A stretch of 64,000 nt of DNA from an uncultured Solirubrobacterales bacterium (GTDB taxonomy: Bacteria > Actinomycetota > Thermoleophilia > Solirubrobacterales > 70-9), in contig CAVSLJ010000002.1 of assembly GCA_963728875.1 (NCBI GenBank), positions 461,821 through 525,820 of the forward strand, in the 5' to 3' direction. Shown here in pieces: positions 10,215 to 18,639 of this stretch. How positions within the stretch are numbered: position 1 is the stretch's first letter; the number at the start of each line of letters is the position of its first letter. Made by a program: the position numbers and the translations under genes. The notes beneath the pieces are model-generated. The model made no database searches, had not been told where the DNA came from, and saw only the letters and a list, made by a program, of their open reading frames with translations.

Positions 10215-10814
10215 TTGAGCGACCGTCCTCTCCGTATAGGCGTATTGGCCCTGCAGGGCGACTTCGAGGCGCATCGCCTGATGCTGGAGTCGCTCGGCGC
10301 GGCGGCGAGCGAGGTTCGAACGCCGGAGCAGCTGGTCGGGTTGGACGGCCTGGTGATCCCCGGCGGCGAGTCGACCACGATCACGATGGGGATGGAGAGG
10401 GAGGGGCTCGACAAGGCGATCTCGTCCTTCCACGATTCGGGCGGCCCGATCCTCGGGAGCTGCGCCGGGATGATCGTCTGCGACCGCGACCACCTCGCTC
10501 TGGCGGACTACGTCTGCCGCCGCAACGCCTTCGGCCGCCAGCTCCAGAGCTTCGAGCAGGACCTCCGAATTGAGGGGCTCGGCGAGGAGCCCCTCCGCGC
10601 CGTCTTCATCCGCGCGCCCTGGGTCGAGACGCACGGGCCGGAGGTGGAGATCCTCGCGGAGGCGCAGGGGAACCCGGTCGCGGTGCGCCAAGGGGGCCTG
10701 CTCGCAGTCGCTTTCCATGCCGAGCTCACGGACGATTTTCGCCTGCACGCCCTGTTCATGGCGATGTGTACTAGCGTCGCGGAGGACCTATCGAGATCGA
10801 GAGGCAGGGGCTGA
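10215..10814 (+). CDS. pdxT: Pyridoxal 5'-phosphate synthase, glutaminase subunit PdxT
   Basis: RIGVLALQGDF...GLVIPGGESTT...CAGMI motifs. The TTG start lies 1 nt after the pdxS stop. Confidence 0.9.
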   Translation: MSDRPLRIGVLALQGDFEAHRLMLESLGAAASEVRTPEQLVGLDGLVIPGGESTTITMGMEREGLDKAISSFHDSGGPILGSCAGMIVCDRDHLALADYVCRRNAFGRQLQSFEQDLRIEGLGEEPLRAVFIRAPWVETHGPEVEILAEAQGNPVAVRQGGLLAVAFHAELTDDFRLHALFMAMCTSVAEDLSRSRGRG

Positions 10815-10815
10815 G

Positions 10816-11793
10816 ATGAGCACGTCGCAGAGACTTCCCTTCCAGAGACGTCACGTCCGAAGCGCGATGCTGGTGGCGTCGCTGTTGACCGCGTTTCTGC
10901 TGGGTGGCGCTGGCGTCGCGCGTGCGGATACGGTGGCCTTTGGATTTACGGGAGGCGAGCAAACCTTCGCCGTGCCGGGAGGGGTGACGAGCGTCCGGGC
11001 CGTGCTCATCGGCGGTCACGGTGGCAACGGCGGCTTGAACCCCCCGAATCTGATCGGTCCGGGCGGTCTGGGCGGTCTCGCGGTCGGAGACCTCGTGGTC
11101 ACACCCGGGCAGATCCTGTACATCGAGGTCGGGGGAAACGGCGGCAACGGAGCCTCCAGTGGCGGCAACGTTCCGGGCGGATTCAATGGTGGCGGGACTG
11201 GCGGTGCAAGCATTGGGCCCACAGGCGGAGGGGGCGGCGGGGCGACCGACATCAGAACCACGAGTAGCAGCGTCGGCGCATCATCGCTCTCCACCCGGCT
11301 GCTGGCCGCCGGCGGCGGCGGAGGCGGTGGAGGAGCAGAGGACACCCTTGGGGGTCCCGGAGGGGCCGCCGGCGCGAATGGAGGCAACGGGGGCGCGGCT
11401 GGTTCTGGTGCTGGCGGAGGCGGCGCCACGGCGTCGGGTTCGGGCACAGGAGCCACAATTAACGGCGCCGTGGGGGAATTTGGCATCGGCGGAGCGGGAG
11501 GGGGGCAGACCGTGACCGGAGCCGGAGGCGGTGGCGGCGGAGGAGGCGGCATGTTCGGCGGCGGGGGCGGCGGTCATGGCCCAACCGGGAATCACGACGG
11601 CGGCGGTGGCGGCGGCGGTTCGAGTGCGTCCGGTGCCGGAGCCAGCAACGCATTCTTCGGGCTGGACGCCACTGGTGTCCCTTCAGCGACTCTGACCTAC
11701 ACGCCGGCGACGAAGAAGAAGTGCAAGAAGCACAAGAAGAAGCGCGCGGCCTCCGCGAAGAAATGCAAGAAGAAGAAGAAGAAGCGGAAGTAG
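10816..11793 (+). CDS. Secreted glycine-rich protein with C-terminal polylysine/Cys tail (paralogue 1)
   Basis: The ATG lies 1 nt after the pdxT stop. A signal peptide (AMLVASLLTAFLLGGAGVARA) is followed by an FxFTGxxQxFxVPxGVTSV...GGxGG start typical of bacterial Gly-rich domains and by long GGxGG tracts. The tail is TYTPATKKKCKKHKKKRAASAKKCKKKKKKRK. Confidence 0.75.
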   Translation: MSTSQRLPFQRRHVRSAMLVASLLTAFLLGGAGVARADTVAFGFTGGEQTFAVPGGVTSVRAVLIGGHGGNGGLNPPNLIGPGGLGGLAVGDLVVTPGQILYIEVGGNGGNGASSGGNVPGGFNGGGTGGASIGPTGGGGGGATDIRTTSSSVGASSLSTRLLAAGGGGGGGGAEDTLGGPGGAAGANGGNGGAAGSGAGGGGATASGSGTGATINGAVGEFGIGGAGGGQTVTGAGGGGGGGGGMFGGGGGGHGPTGNHDGGGGGGGSSASGAGASNAFFGLDATGVPSATLTYTPATKKKCKKHKKKRAASAKKCKKKKKKRK

Positions 11794-11815
11794 CGGGGCC
11801 GGTCGAGATGAGCCG

Positions 11816-12919
11816 ATGAGGGATCCCCGCGTCACGGCGCTCGCGCAGATCCTCGTCCGCCACTCGACCAAAGTGGCGGACGGCGACGTCTGCACGATCG
11901 AGGGTGAGTCGGCTGCCGAGCCCCTCCTGCAGGCGGTCTACGAGGAGGTCCTGAAGGCGGGGGGAAACCCGATCGTGAACATGGCATTGGAGGGCCAGTC
12001 CGCGTCCTACTTCGAGCACGCCTCAGACGAGCAGCTGGAGTGGATCTCGCCGGTCGCCGAGTGGGCGGTCGAGAACGCCGATGTCCGCATCGCGGTGATG
12101 GCGAGCCAGAACACGCGAGCCCTCTCGCAGGTGCTGCCCGAGAGGCAGGCGATGCGCCAGGCCGCGACGCAGAAGTTGATGAAGAGGGCCATGGAGCGGA
12201 GCGCCGAGGGCAGCTATCGCTGGGCGCTCACCCTGTTCCCGACCCACGCGTACGCGTCGGAGGCGGGCATGGGCCTGAGCGCCTACGAGGACTTCTACTA
12301 CGGCGCGTGCCTGGCGACGGACGAGGATCCGGTGGGCGCCTGGACGCGGACCTCCGAGGAGACCAAGCGCCTGGCGGACTGGATCCAGGGCCGCTCGGAG
12401 GTTCACGTCACCGGCGAGGGCACCGACCTCCGGCTCGGGATCGAGGACCGCACCTTCATCGCCGCCGACGGCAAGCACAACATGCCCGACGGAGAGTTCT
12501 TCACCGGCCCGGTCGAGGACTCCGCCGAGGGCGAGATCACCTTTCACCTGCCTGCGAGCTACGCCGGGCGCGAGGTCGCGGGCGTCCGCTTCCGCTTCGA
12601 GGGCGGCAAGGTCGTGGACGCGAGCGCCGAGAAGGGGGAGGAGTTCCTGATCGAGACGCTCGACACCGACGAGGGGGCGCGCAGGCTCGGCGAGCTCGGC
12701 ATCGGCACCAACTACGGGATCACGGCCGGAACCGGGGAGATCCTCCTCGACGAGAAGATCGGCGGAACCGTCCATCTGGCCGTCGGCCGCTCATACCCCG
12801 AGACCGGCGGCGTCAACGAGTCGGCCATCCACTGGGACATGATCTGCGACCTGCGCGAGGGCGGCCAGATCGAGGTTGACGGCGAGACGTTGCAGCGCGA
12901 CGGCGCATTTGTTGTCTAA
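11816..12919 (+). CDS. Aminopeptidase, peptidase M29 (AmpS/PepS-type) family
   Basis: The N-terminus (RVTALAQILVRHSTKVADGDVCTIEGESAAEPLLQAVYEEVLKAGGNPI) and the C-terminal GELGIGTN...IHWDM motifs fit the M29 thermophilic metalloprotease family. There is no signal peptide. Confidence 0.8.
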   Translation: MRDPRVTALAQILVRHSTKVADGDVCTIEGESAAEPLLQAVYEEVLKAGGNPIVNMALEGQSASYFEHASDEQLEWISPVAEWAVENADVRIAVMASQNTRALSQVLPERQAMRQAATQKLMKRAMERSAEGSYRWALTLFPTHAYASEAGMGLSAYEDFYYGACLATDEDPVGAWTRTSEETKRLADWIQGRSEVHVTGEGTDLRLGIEDRTFIAADGKHNMPDGEFFTGPVEDSAEGEITFHLPASYAGREVAGVRFRFEGGKVVDASAEKGEEFLIETLDTDEGARRLGELGIGTNYGITAGTGEILLDEKIGGTVHLAVGRSYPETGGVNESAIHWDMICDLREGGQIEVDGETLQRDGAFVV

Positions 12920-12947
12920 AGGGCGTCGCTGCTGATAGGAATAGGGA

Positions 12948-13883
12948 GTGTCTCGGCTTCGCCGCAGCCTGATCGGGGGGTCGGTCCTGGTCGGCTGCTT
13001 GGTCATGGCAGGAGTGGCTCAGGCCGCGAGCACCACCGTCACCTTCTCCTCGACCGGGGCGGAACAGCTCTTCGCCGTCCCCGCCGGCGTGACGAGCGTT
13101 CACGCCGTCGCGATCGGCGCGCCGGGCGGCATCTTCGCGGGCTCGGGCCCGGGCGGGTCGGGCGGCCTCGCGGTCGCCGACCTGGCCGTGAAACCCTCAC
13201 AGACGCTCTACATCGAGGTCGGCGGCCGAGGCGGTAACGGGAGCACCGTGGGCGGGGCGCCCGGGTTCAATGGCGGCGGGGCCGGTGGCCACTGCGCCGC
13301 GGCGGGCGGCGCCGGGGGCGGAGGCGCCTCTGATATCCGCACCCAGCCGCTCTCGCTTGGAGATCCTTCACTCCTTTCGCGCCTGGTCGTCGCAGCGGGC
13401 GGAGGCGGGAGCGGCGCGGAAGAGGGCAACAACGCCGGCGGCGCTGGCGGCGCGGCGGGCCTCCCGGGTGGGAACGGAGTCGGGACCGCGGTCGGCGGTC
13501 AAGGCGCGACGCCGACGGGAACGGGCCAGGGCGGGGGTAGCGGCGCAGGGGCCGGAGCCATCGGCGCGTTTGGCATCGGCGGCGCGGGTGGCACGATTGG
13601 CGGCCCGGTCAGCTGCGGAGGCGGCGGCGGAGGCGGCGCAGGCCAGTTCGGTGGCGGCGGGGGCAGCAGCGGCAACTTCGGCATGGATCCGGGCGCCGGA
13701 GGAGGCGGCGGCTCGAACGGCGCCGGCGCCGGCGCCTCCAGTCTGCTCTTCGGCATCGACACGACAGGGGTGCCGTCGGTGACCCTCACCTACACGCCCG
13801 CGGCGAAGAAGTGCAAGAAGAAGAAGAAGCATGGGCGGGCCGCTGCCGCCAAGAAGTGCAAGAAAAAGAAGAAGAAGCACTGA
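12948..13883 (+). CDS. Secreted glycine-rich protein with C-terminal polylysine/Cys tail (paralogue 2)
   Basis: Same architecture as 10816..11793: signal peptide, TVTFSSTGAEQLFAVPAGVTSVHAVAIGAPGG, Gly tracts, and the tail TYTPAAKKCKKKKKHGRAAAAKKCKKKKKKH. Confidence 0.75.
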   Translation: MSRLRRSLIGGSVLVGCLVMAGVAQAASTTVTFSSTGAEQLFAVPAGVTSVHAVAIGAPGGIFAGSGPGGSGGLAVADLAVKPSQTLYIEVGGRGGNGSTVGGAPGFNGGGAGGHCAAAGGAGGGGASDIRTQPLSLGDPSLLSRLVVAAGGGGSGAEEGNNAGGAGGAAGLPGGNGVGTAVGGQGATPTGTGQGGGSGAGAGAIGAFGIGGAGGTIGGPVSCGGGGGGGAGQFGGGGGSSGNFGMDPGAGGGGGSNGAGAGASSLLFGIDTTGVPSVTLTYTPAAKKCKKKKKHGRAAAAKKCKKKKKKH

Positions 13884-13972
13884 GCCCGCAACCCAGGCCC
13901 GCCTACCGGGTTTAGGGGATGACAACAGCAGGCGCTCGGGGGGAGACGGGCCCTCATTACAGGAGGGACATC

Positions 13973-14590
13973 ATGTTCGGACGCAAGCTGGGACTGGTCG
14001 CCGTCGCGGCGCTGGCCCTGGGTCTCGTTGTGGCGGCGCCGGCCGCGCAGGCGCGGAAGAAGGTCGTCACCAAGACGTTCGAGGTGGGAGTTGGCGCCCC
14101 CGGAGGTGGTGTGGCGATCCCCATCCCGGACGGCGCGGGCCAGGCGACGCAGCTGGCCCGCTCGAGGATCGACGTCAGAGGCCTCAACCCGCGCGGGAAG
14201 ATCAAGGACGTCAACGTCGGGGTCCGTGCTCAGCACCCCTTCGCGAAGGACCTCGAGTTCTATCTCGCCACCCCGCGCGGGGTGATCAACCTCTCGCACG
14301 ACGTGGGCGGTGACGGCAACAACTACGGGGCGGGTCCCGCGAGCTGCGCCGGCATCTTCACGACGTTCGACAGCGACACTCCCACCAGCATCGCCACCGA
14401 TGGGCTGCAGGCGCCGTTCGCCGGTTTCTTCGCCCCGATGGAGAGCCTCAACCTGCTCAACGGGCTCGGTGACAAGAAGGCGACCAACGCCGGCTGGTCG
14501 CTGCTCGCCGAGGACGATGACAACAGCCATCCCGCCGGGACGCTGGAGTGCTGGTACATGACGATCGTCACGACGAACCCGAGGCATTAG
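13973..14590 (+). CDS. Secreted stand-alone proprotein-convertase P-domain protein (paralogue P1)
   Basis: AGGAGGG Shine-Dalgarno before ATG 13973. The signal peptide ends AAQA, followed by RKK. P-domain hallmarks are present: IPD..., IKDVNVGVRAQHPFAKDLEFYLATPRG, and GWSLLAEDDDNSHPAGTLECWYMTI. Confidence 0.75.
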   Translation: MFGRKLGLVAVAALALGLVVAAPAAQARKKVVTKTFEVGVGAPGGGVAIPIPDGAGQATQLARSRIDVRGLNPRGKIKDVNVGVRAQHPFAKDLEFYLATPRGVINLSHDVGGDGNNYGAGPASCAGIFTTFDSDTPTSIATDGLQAPFAGFFAPMESLNLLNGLGDKKATNAGWSLLAEDDDNSHPAGTLECWYMTIVTTNPRH

Positions 14591-14614
14591 GACAGCTGCG
14601 CTGACGGAGTGGGC

Positions 14615-14634
14615 GGGGCGCCTTCGGGCGCCCC
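14615..14634 (+). terminator. Hairpin GGGGCGCC-TTCG-GGCGCCCC followed by GTCTACGTTTGG
   Basis: Perfect 8-bp GC stem with a tetraloop, 25 nt after the stop at 14590. Confidence 0.5.
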
Positions 14635-14670
14635 GTCTACGTTTGGGGCGGTACTCCTAGAATCGTCGTC

Positions 14671-15426
14671 ATGTCGGGTCACTCGAAGTGGTCATCGATC
14701 AAGCACAAGAAGGGCGCGGCCGACGCGAAGCGCGGCAAGCTCTTCACGAAGCTCGCGCGCGCGATCACCGTCGCCGCCCGTGACGGTGGCGGCAACCCCG
14801 AAGCGAACCCTGCGCTCGGACTGGCCGTCCAGAAGGCTCGCGACGCATCGATGCCGAAGGACAACATCCAGCGCGCGATCGACCGCGGCACCGGCGAGGG
14901 CGACGACGCCGCTGCGATCGAGAGCGTCTCGTACGAGGGATACGGCCCGGGCGGTGCGGCCATCCTCGTCGAGACCCTGACGGACAACCGCAACCGAACC
15001 GGGTCCGAGATACGCCATGCTTTCGAGCGGAACGGTGGGAGCCTTGGTGAACCGGGATCGGTCGCCTGGCAGTTCGAGAAGCGCGGGGTGATCCTCGTGG
15101 ACGGCGACCGCTACGGCGAGGACGACCTGATGCCCGCGATCGACGCCGGCGCCGAGGACGTCTCGGAGGACGGGGACCTGCTCAAGGTCACCACTGCGGC
15201 ACCGGATCTGGCGGCCGTCCGCTCCGCGCTGGAGTCGGCCGGAGTCGAGGTCCAGTCGGCCGAGCTCTCGATGGAGCCCAAGTCCACGGTCGAGGTGGGG
15301 GAGAGCGATGCCCCGGCGCTGCTCCGCCTGATGGACGCGCTCGAGGAGCACGACGACGTCGACTCCGTGCACGCGAACTTCGACGTGCCGGAGGAGATTC
15401 TCGAGAAGGCCGCAGCCGCCGGCTAG
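14671..15426 (+). CDS. yebC: YebC/PmpR-family DNA-binding regulator
   Basis: Canonical MSGHSKWSSIKHKKGAADAKRGKLFTKLARAITVAAR... sequence at full length. Confidence 0.95.
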   Translation: MSGHSKWSSIKHKKGAADAKRGKLFTKLARAITVAARDGGGNPEANPALGLAVQKARDASMPKDNIQRAIDRGTGEGDDAAAIESVSYEGYGPGGAAILVETLTDNRNRTGSEIRHAFERNGGSLGEPGSVAWQFEKRGVILVDGDRYGEDDLMPAIDAGAEDVSEDGDLLKVTTAAPDLAAVRSALESAGVEVQSAELSMEPKSTVEVGESDAPALLRLMDALEEHDDVDSVHANFDVPEEILEKAAAAG

Positions 15427-15433
15427 CGGGCGG

Positions 15434-16417
15434 CTACTTCTTCTTCTTTTTCTTCCTCTTCTTGACCGTGTCCTTCGCGCAGTACGCGTAGGTGGCGGCG
15501 GAGCTGCCCGGCGGCTGCGCTCCGAAGCTCTGCAGGCCGAGGTGCCAGGTGCTGTTGCTCGTCGGCTCGAACTCGTCGATGCCGACGACGGGAGGGGATC
15601 CCATGTTGGACGGAATCGGGGAGAGGATGAACCCGCCCGAGAGGACATGTTGCTTTGCGGGACAGCTCGCGTCGGCGGACGCGCGGGAGTTGCTGCCGAA
15701 GGGGACGAGCGCCGAGACCTCGTTGATCGAGCGGCCCTTCGCGTCTCGTTCGCACAGGGCGGAGACGTTGATGTTGCCGCTGGCCGGGTTGGCGCTGCTC
15801 TCGAACGCCGAGATCGTCCACTGATTGAGGGCGGTCCGGCGCGACTGCAGGATCAAGATCCTGAAGGCACCGAAGCCGTTCACGTACGTGCCGAGGCCCG
15901 TGCCGTCGTATCCCGCGCTGACCACGTGCGTTCCGGCGGGACATTGGATCTGCAGGTTGGCGAGGATCCCGGAGGGGACCGTCGCCGTGCCGCTGACGAC
16001 CGTCGCGATCTGGCTCAGGTTGTTCGACTCACACCGCGCGACGGCGGTCAGGCTTCCCGACGCAGGTGGAGCCTGGAACGCATCCGACCTGGCGTTCCAG
16101 GCCGTCACACCAACTGGAACCGAGGTGGACGTCTCCGTCCGCAGGCCGCTGTTGTTGCTTGGCTCGTAGTGGGGGGAAACGATGTAACCGCCGCCCGAGA
16201 GGTGGGTTTTGCCGGCACAGTTGGTGGTCGCGCTGGCTGTGCCTGCTGACGACATCGGGGAGACGGCGGTCGTGCTGATTGCCGGCACCGGGTTCTTCTT
16301 CTTTTTCTTCTTGGCGACCGCCGGCGAGGCGACACCGAGGAAAAGCATCGCAGCGAGCGCCGCGATGCCGATCAGACCGAGGCGCCTGCCGAATCGGGCC
16401 TTCTCCCTCCCTCGCAT
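15434..16417 (-). CDS. Secreted protein with three tandem Cys-bracketed repeats of about 95 aa and polylysine runs at both mature ends
   Basis: Start chosen at the internal Met (MRGREKARFGRRLGLIGIAALAAMLFLGVASPAVA). KKKKKK follows directly after the AVA site. Three repeats each begin C(P)AGxHxxSGG(Y/F) and end xxxC. The C-terminus is CAKDTVKKRKKKKKK. Confidence 0.65.
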   Translation of the reverse strand: MRGREKARFGRRLGLIGIAALAAMLFLGVASPAVAKKKKKKNPVPAISTTAVSPMSSAGTASATTNCAGKTHLSGGGYIVSPHYEPSNNSGLRTETSTSVPVGVTAWNARSDAFQAPPASGSLTAVARCESNNLSQIATVVSGTATVPSGILANLQIQCPAGTHVVSAGYDGTGLGTYVNGFGAFRILILQSRRTALNQWTISAFESSANPASGNINVSALCERDAKGRSINEVSALVPFGSNSRASADASCPAKQHVLSGGFILSPIPSNMGSPPVVGIDEFEPTSNSTWHLGLQSFGAQPPGSSAATYAYCAKDTVKKRKKKKKK

Positions 16418-16518
16418 CGCGGCGATCCTATCGCTTGCGACCCGCCGAATCCCGGCATAGAGTTCCGACCCATCCGGGCGACAGGGAGACCCGGACCTAG
16501 ACGGGAGGTGCCCCTCGA

Positions 16519-17181
16519 ATGAACGCAAGACGATCTCGGCTCGCGGTGATCGGTGTCCTCGCTCTGGCGGTCTGTGTCGCCGTCAGCCTGGCCGCCGGAA
16601 CCGCGGAGGCGAAGAAGGGCAAGAAGAAGCGTCTCACCGGAATCACGGTCAGCAGGATCACGCCGACCGCGATCCCCGCCGGAGACGGGACCAACGCGGT
16701 GGCCGGGGTGGCCTCAGTGCCGCTCACGGTGGGCAAGAAGGCCAAGGGCAGGGTGGTTAGCCCCAACTCGCTGTCCGTGACCTACCAGTTGACCGATCCG
16801 GCGGCGCACCTCGACGACATCGACATCAAGGTCACCGCGCCGGGCGGTCGCACCGTCTTCCTCGACAACCCCGCAGTGTTCTTCGCTGGGGGGGATACGG
16901 TGACCACGGTCGGGCCCCTGACCGAGTCGCCGGACTCGTCAACGGGCTTCTGCTTCCCGAACCCGGCCCCACCGCCGGCCGGATGCCCGGACGGCGACCC
17001 GGACAACTCGCTTGCACCGCCCTGGGCCGGTACGGCGAGGCTTCTCGCTCTCGCCAACTTCGCCGGTCTCGGCGCGAGGGGAACCTGGACGGTCAAGGCG
17101 CTGAACTTCAGTACGCGGGACACGCACGTGCTGAGCTCGGTGAGCATTCACATGAATCTGATCGCCAAGCCCGCGGGTTAG
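16519..17181 (+). CDS. Secreted P-domain-like protein (paralogue P2)
   Basis: GGGAGGTG Shine-Dalgarno. The signal peptide ends AEA, followed by KKGKKKR. It has IPAGDG..., DIDIKVTAPGGRTVFL, and a C-terminal GTWTVKALNFSTRDTHVLSSVSIHM. Confidence 0.65.
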   Translation: MNARRSRLAVIGVLALAVCVAVSLAAGTAEAKKGKKKRLTGITVSRITPTAIPAGDGTNAVAGVASVPLTVGKKAKGRVVSPNSLSVTYQLTDPAAHLDDIDIKVTAPGGRTVFLDNPAVFFAGGDTVTTVGPLTESPDSSTGFCFPNPAPPPAGCPDGDPDNSLAPPWAGTARLLALANFAGLGARGTWTVKALNFSTRDTHVLSSVSIHMNLIAKPAG

Positions 17182-17257
17182 AGTCCCTGAATCCGGGCGG
17201 TCTGTGGGTTGGGAGAAGCGGGCGGGTCCCGGAAGTCAGACACAGGGGAGGTCCCGA

Positions 17258-17881
17258 ATGGCAAGGAAGCGTTCTCGCCTGGCGTTGCTGGGGGCGCTGA
17301 CGGTCGTGCTCACCGTCACCGTCGGTCTCGTCTCGGGCGGCGTCGCCGACGCGAAGAAAAAGAAGAAGAAGAAGAGCGCCAACGTCGCCTCCGTGAGCAG
17401 GGCGGTCAACGCGCAGATCCCGGATCGCGGGCCCGGAGCGGCCGGTCAGTACGGGCGGCTCGACACCGTCCTCACGGTCGGCAAGAAGTTCAAGGGCAAG
17501 ACGGTCGGCGTCCTCGAGTTCACCTTCCAGACGACCGGCGACGCCGTCAACTCGGGCGGCGATCTCCAGTTCGACATCACCGCCCCGAACGGCTACAGGC
17601 TCCCGGGCGACTGGTGGGACAACAGCATCGGCGGGCAGTCGATCGGTCCGCTGACGATCACTCCGAACTCGCCCCTGCGGACGTGCAACACGGCTACCCC
17701 GCCCTGCGCGAGTCCGTTCCAGACGCTGAACCGGCCGTTCGCCGGGACAGCCGGCGACAATGTGTTCGCCTGGTTCAGAGGGCTCCCGATGAGGGGCAAC
17801 TGGACGGTCACCGCGCTCGACACGGGCGTCGGGGACACCAGCATCCTCAACTCCGTGGCGCTCAAGATCACGGCGGCTTAG
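17258..17881 (+). CDS. Secreted P-domain-like protein (paralogue P3)
   Basis: GGGGAGG Shine-Dalgarno. The signal peptide ends ADA, followed by KKKKKKK. It has IPDRG..., VGKKFKGKTV, DLQFDITAPNG, and GNWTVTALDTGVGDTSILNSVALKI. Confidence 0.7.
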   Translation: MARKRSRLALLGALTVVLTVTVGLVSGGVADAKKKKKKKSANVASVSRAVNAQIPDRGPGAAGQYGRLDTVLTVGKKFKGKTVGVLEFTFQTTGDAVNSGGDLQFDITAPNGYRLPGDWWDNSIGGQSIGPLTITPNSPLRTCNTATPPCASPFQTLNRPFAGTAGDNVFAWFRGLPMRGNWTVTALDTGVGDTSILNSVALKITAA

Positions 17882-17900
17882 CGGCCGGCACAGGTCGGGT

Positions 17901-17926
17901 GAAGGGCCGCCTCCGGGCGGCCCTTT
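17901..17926 (+). terminator. Hairpin AAGGGCCGCC-TCCG-GGCGGCCCTT
   Basis: Perfect 10-bp stem 20 nt after the stop at 17881. The arm sequence is nearly identical to the hairpin at 6861-6892. Confidence 0.5.
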
Positions 17927-17997
17927 CGCGTCCGCAGGTCGTTCGTCCAGGGCCGGGGTTGACCGGCCCAGCTCGCAGCGAATACTGTCTCGCCGGG

Positions 17998-18639
17998 ATG
18001 AGGACCGGGGAATCGCGCCTCGCGCTGTTCGGAATCCTTGTGCTCGGGCTGATCGTCGCCATGAGCGGCGGCGGTGCCCAGGCGAAGAAGAGGGGCAAGT
18101 CGGGGGGCACCGCCGACGTCACGACGCAGGTGAACGCCGCGATCCCCGACGCGGTCGGGAACACCCGGGGGCTGCTCACCTCGACCATCGAGATCGGCGG
18201 AAAGCGGTTCAGGGGGACCAGAGTGCGCGACGTCAACGTCACCGTGCAGACGACCGGCACCATCTCGTCCTCGGCTCAGGACCTGCAGGCGCGACTGACC
18301 GCGCCAAATGGGGCCACCGCCTGGCTCTTCGCCGGGCTGAGCGGGCAGTCGATCGGGCCGCTCACCCTCGACGACCAGTCGCCGACCTTCCTCAACATCG
18401 GCTCGACGCCGCAGGACAACATCCCCGGGGCGCTCGGCCTGCCGTACGCCGGCATCGCGCAGCCCGACTGCCTGGAGGCCCGCGGCGGCTGTCCGCTCGG
18501 GGTGATGAACGACACCCCGGCGCGCGGCACCTGGACACTTCGGACCTACGACACCTCCGGCGCGACCCCCGGCCGGACGAGCACACTCAACTTCTGGCGG
18601 CTCAGGGTCGTCGCCGGCATGCCGTACAGGACGAAGTGA
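17998..18639 (+). CDS. Secreted P-domain-like protein (paralogue P4)
   Basis: Only the last 213 codons of track ORF 17209..18639 are used. The signal peptide ends AQA, followed by KKRGK. It has IPDAVG, GGKRFRGTRVRDVNVTVQTTG, DLQARLTAPNG, GPLTLDD, QPDC...GGCPL, GTWTLRTYD, and the C-terminus VAGMPYRTK. Confidence 0.7.
   Translation: MRTGESRLALFGILVLGLIVAMSGGGAQAKKRGKSGGTADVTTQVNAAIPDAVGNTRGLLTSTIEIGGKRFRGTRVRDVNVTVQTTGTISSSAQDLQARLTAPNGATAWLFAGLSGQSIGPLTLDDQSPTFLNIGSTPQDNIPGALGLPYAGIAQPDCLEARGGCPLGVMNDTPARGTWTLRTYDTSGATPGRTSTLNFWRLRVVAGMPYRTK

Noticed and set aside
10570-10815. N-terminal extension of about 80 aa on Gly-rich protein 1 in track ORF 10570..11793
   Set aside because: The extension overlaps the 3' end of pdxT in another frame and is Arg/Ser-rich. 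ATG 10816, 1 nt after the pdxT stop, gives a normal signal peptide.
11016-11552. Proline-rich ORFs on the minus strand (also 13499..13789), which look like extensin or collagen-type proteins
   Set aside because: They are the reverse complement of the GGN-rich glycine tracts (GGC/GGG read as GCC/CCC). The plus-strand genes have signal peptides, ribosome-binding sites and paralogous ends, so the poly-Pro frames are mirror artefacts.
17209-17997. First 263 codons of the 476-aa track ORF 17209..18639
   Set aside because: This part overlaps P3 (17258..17881) in another frame with Arg-rich junk. Only the segment from ATG 17998 resembles the paralogues and carries a signal peptide.
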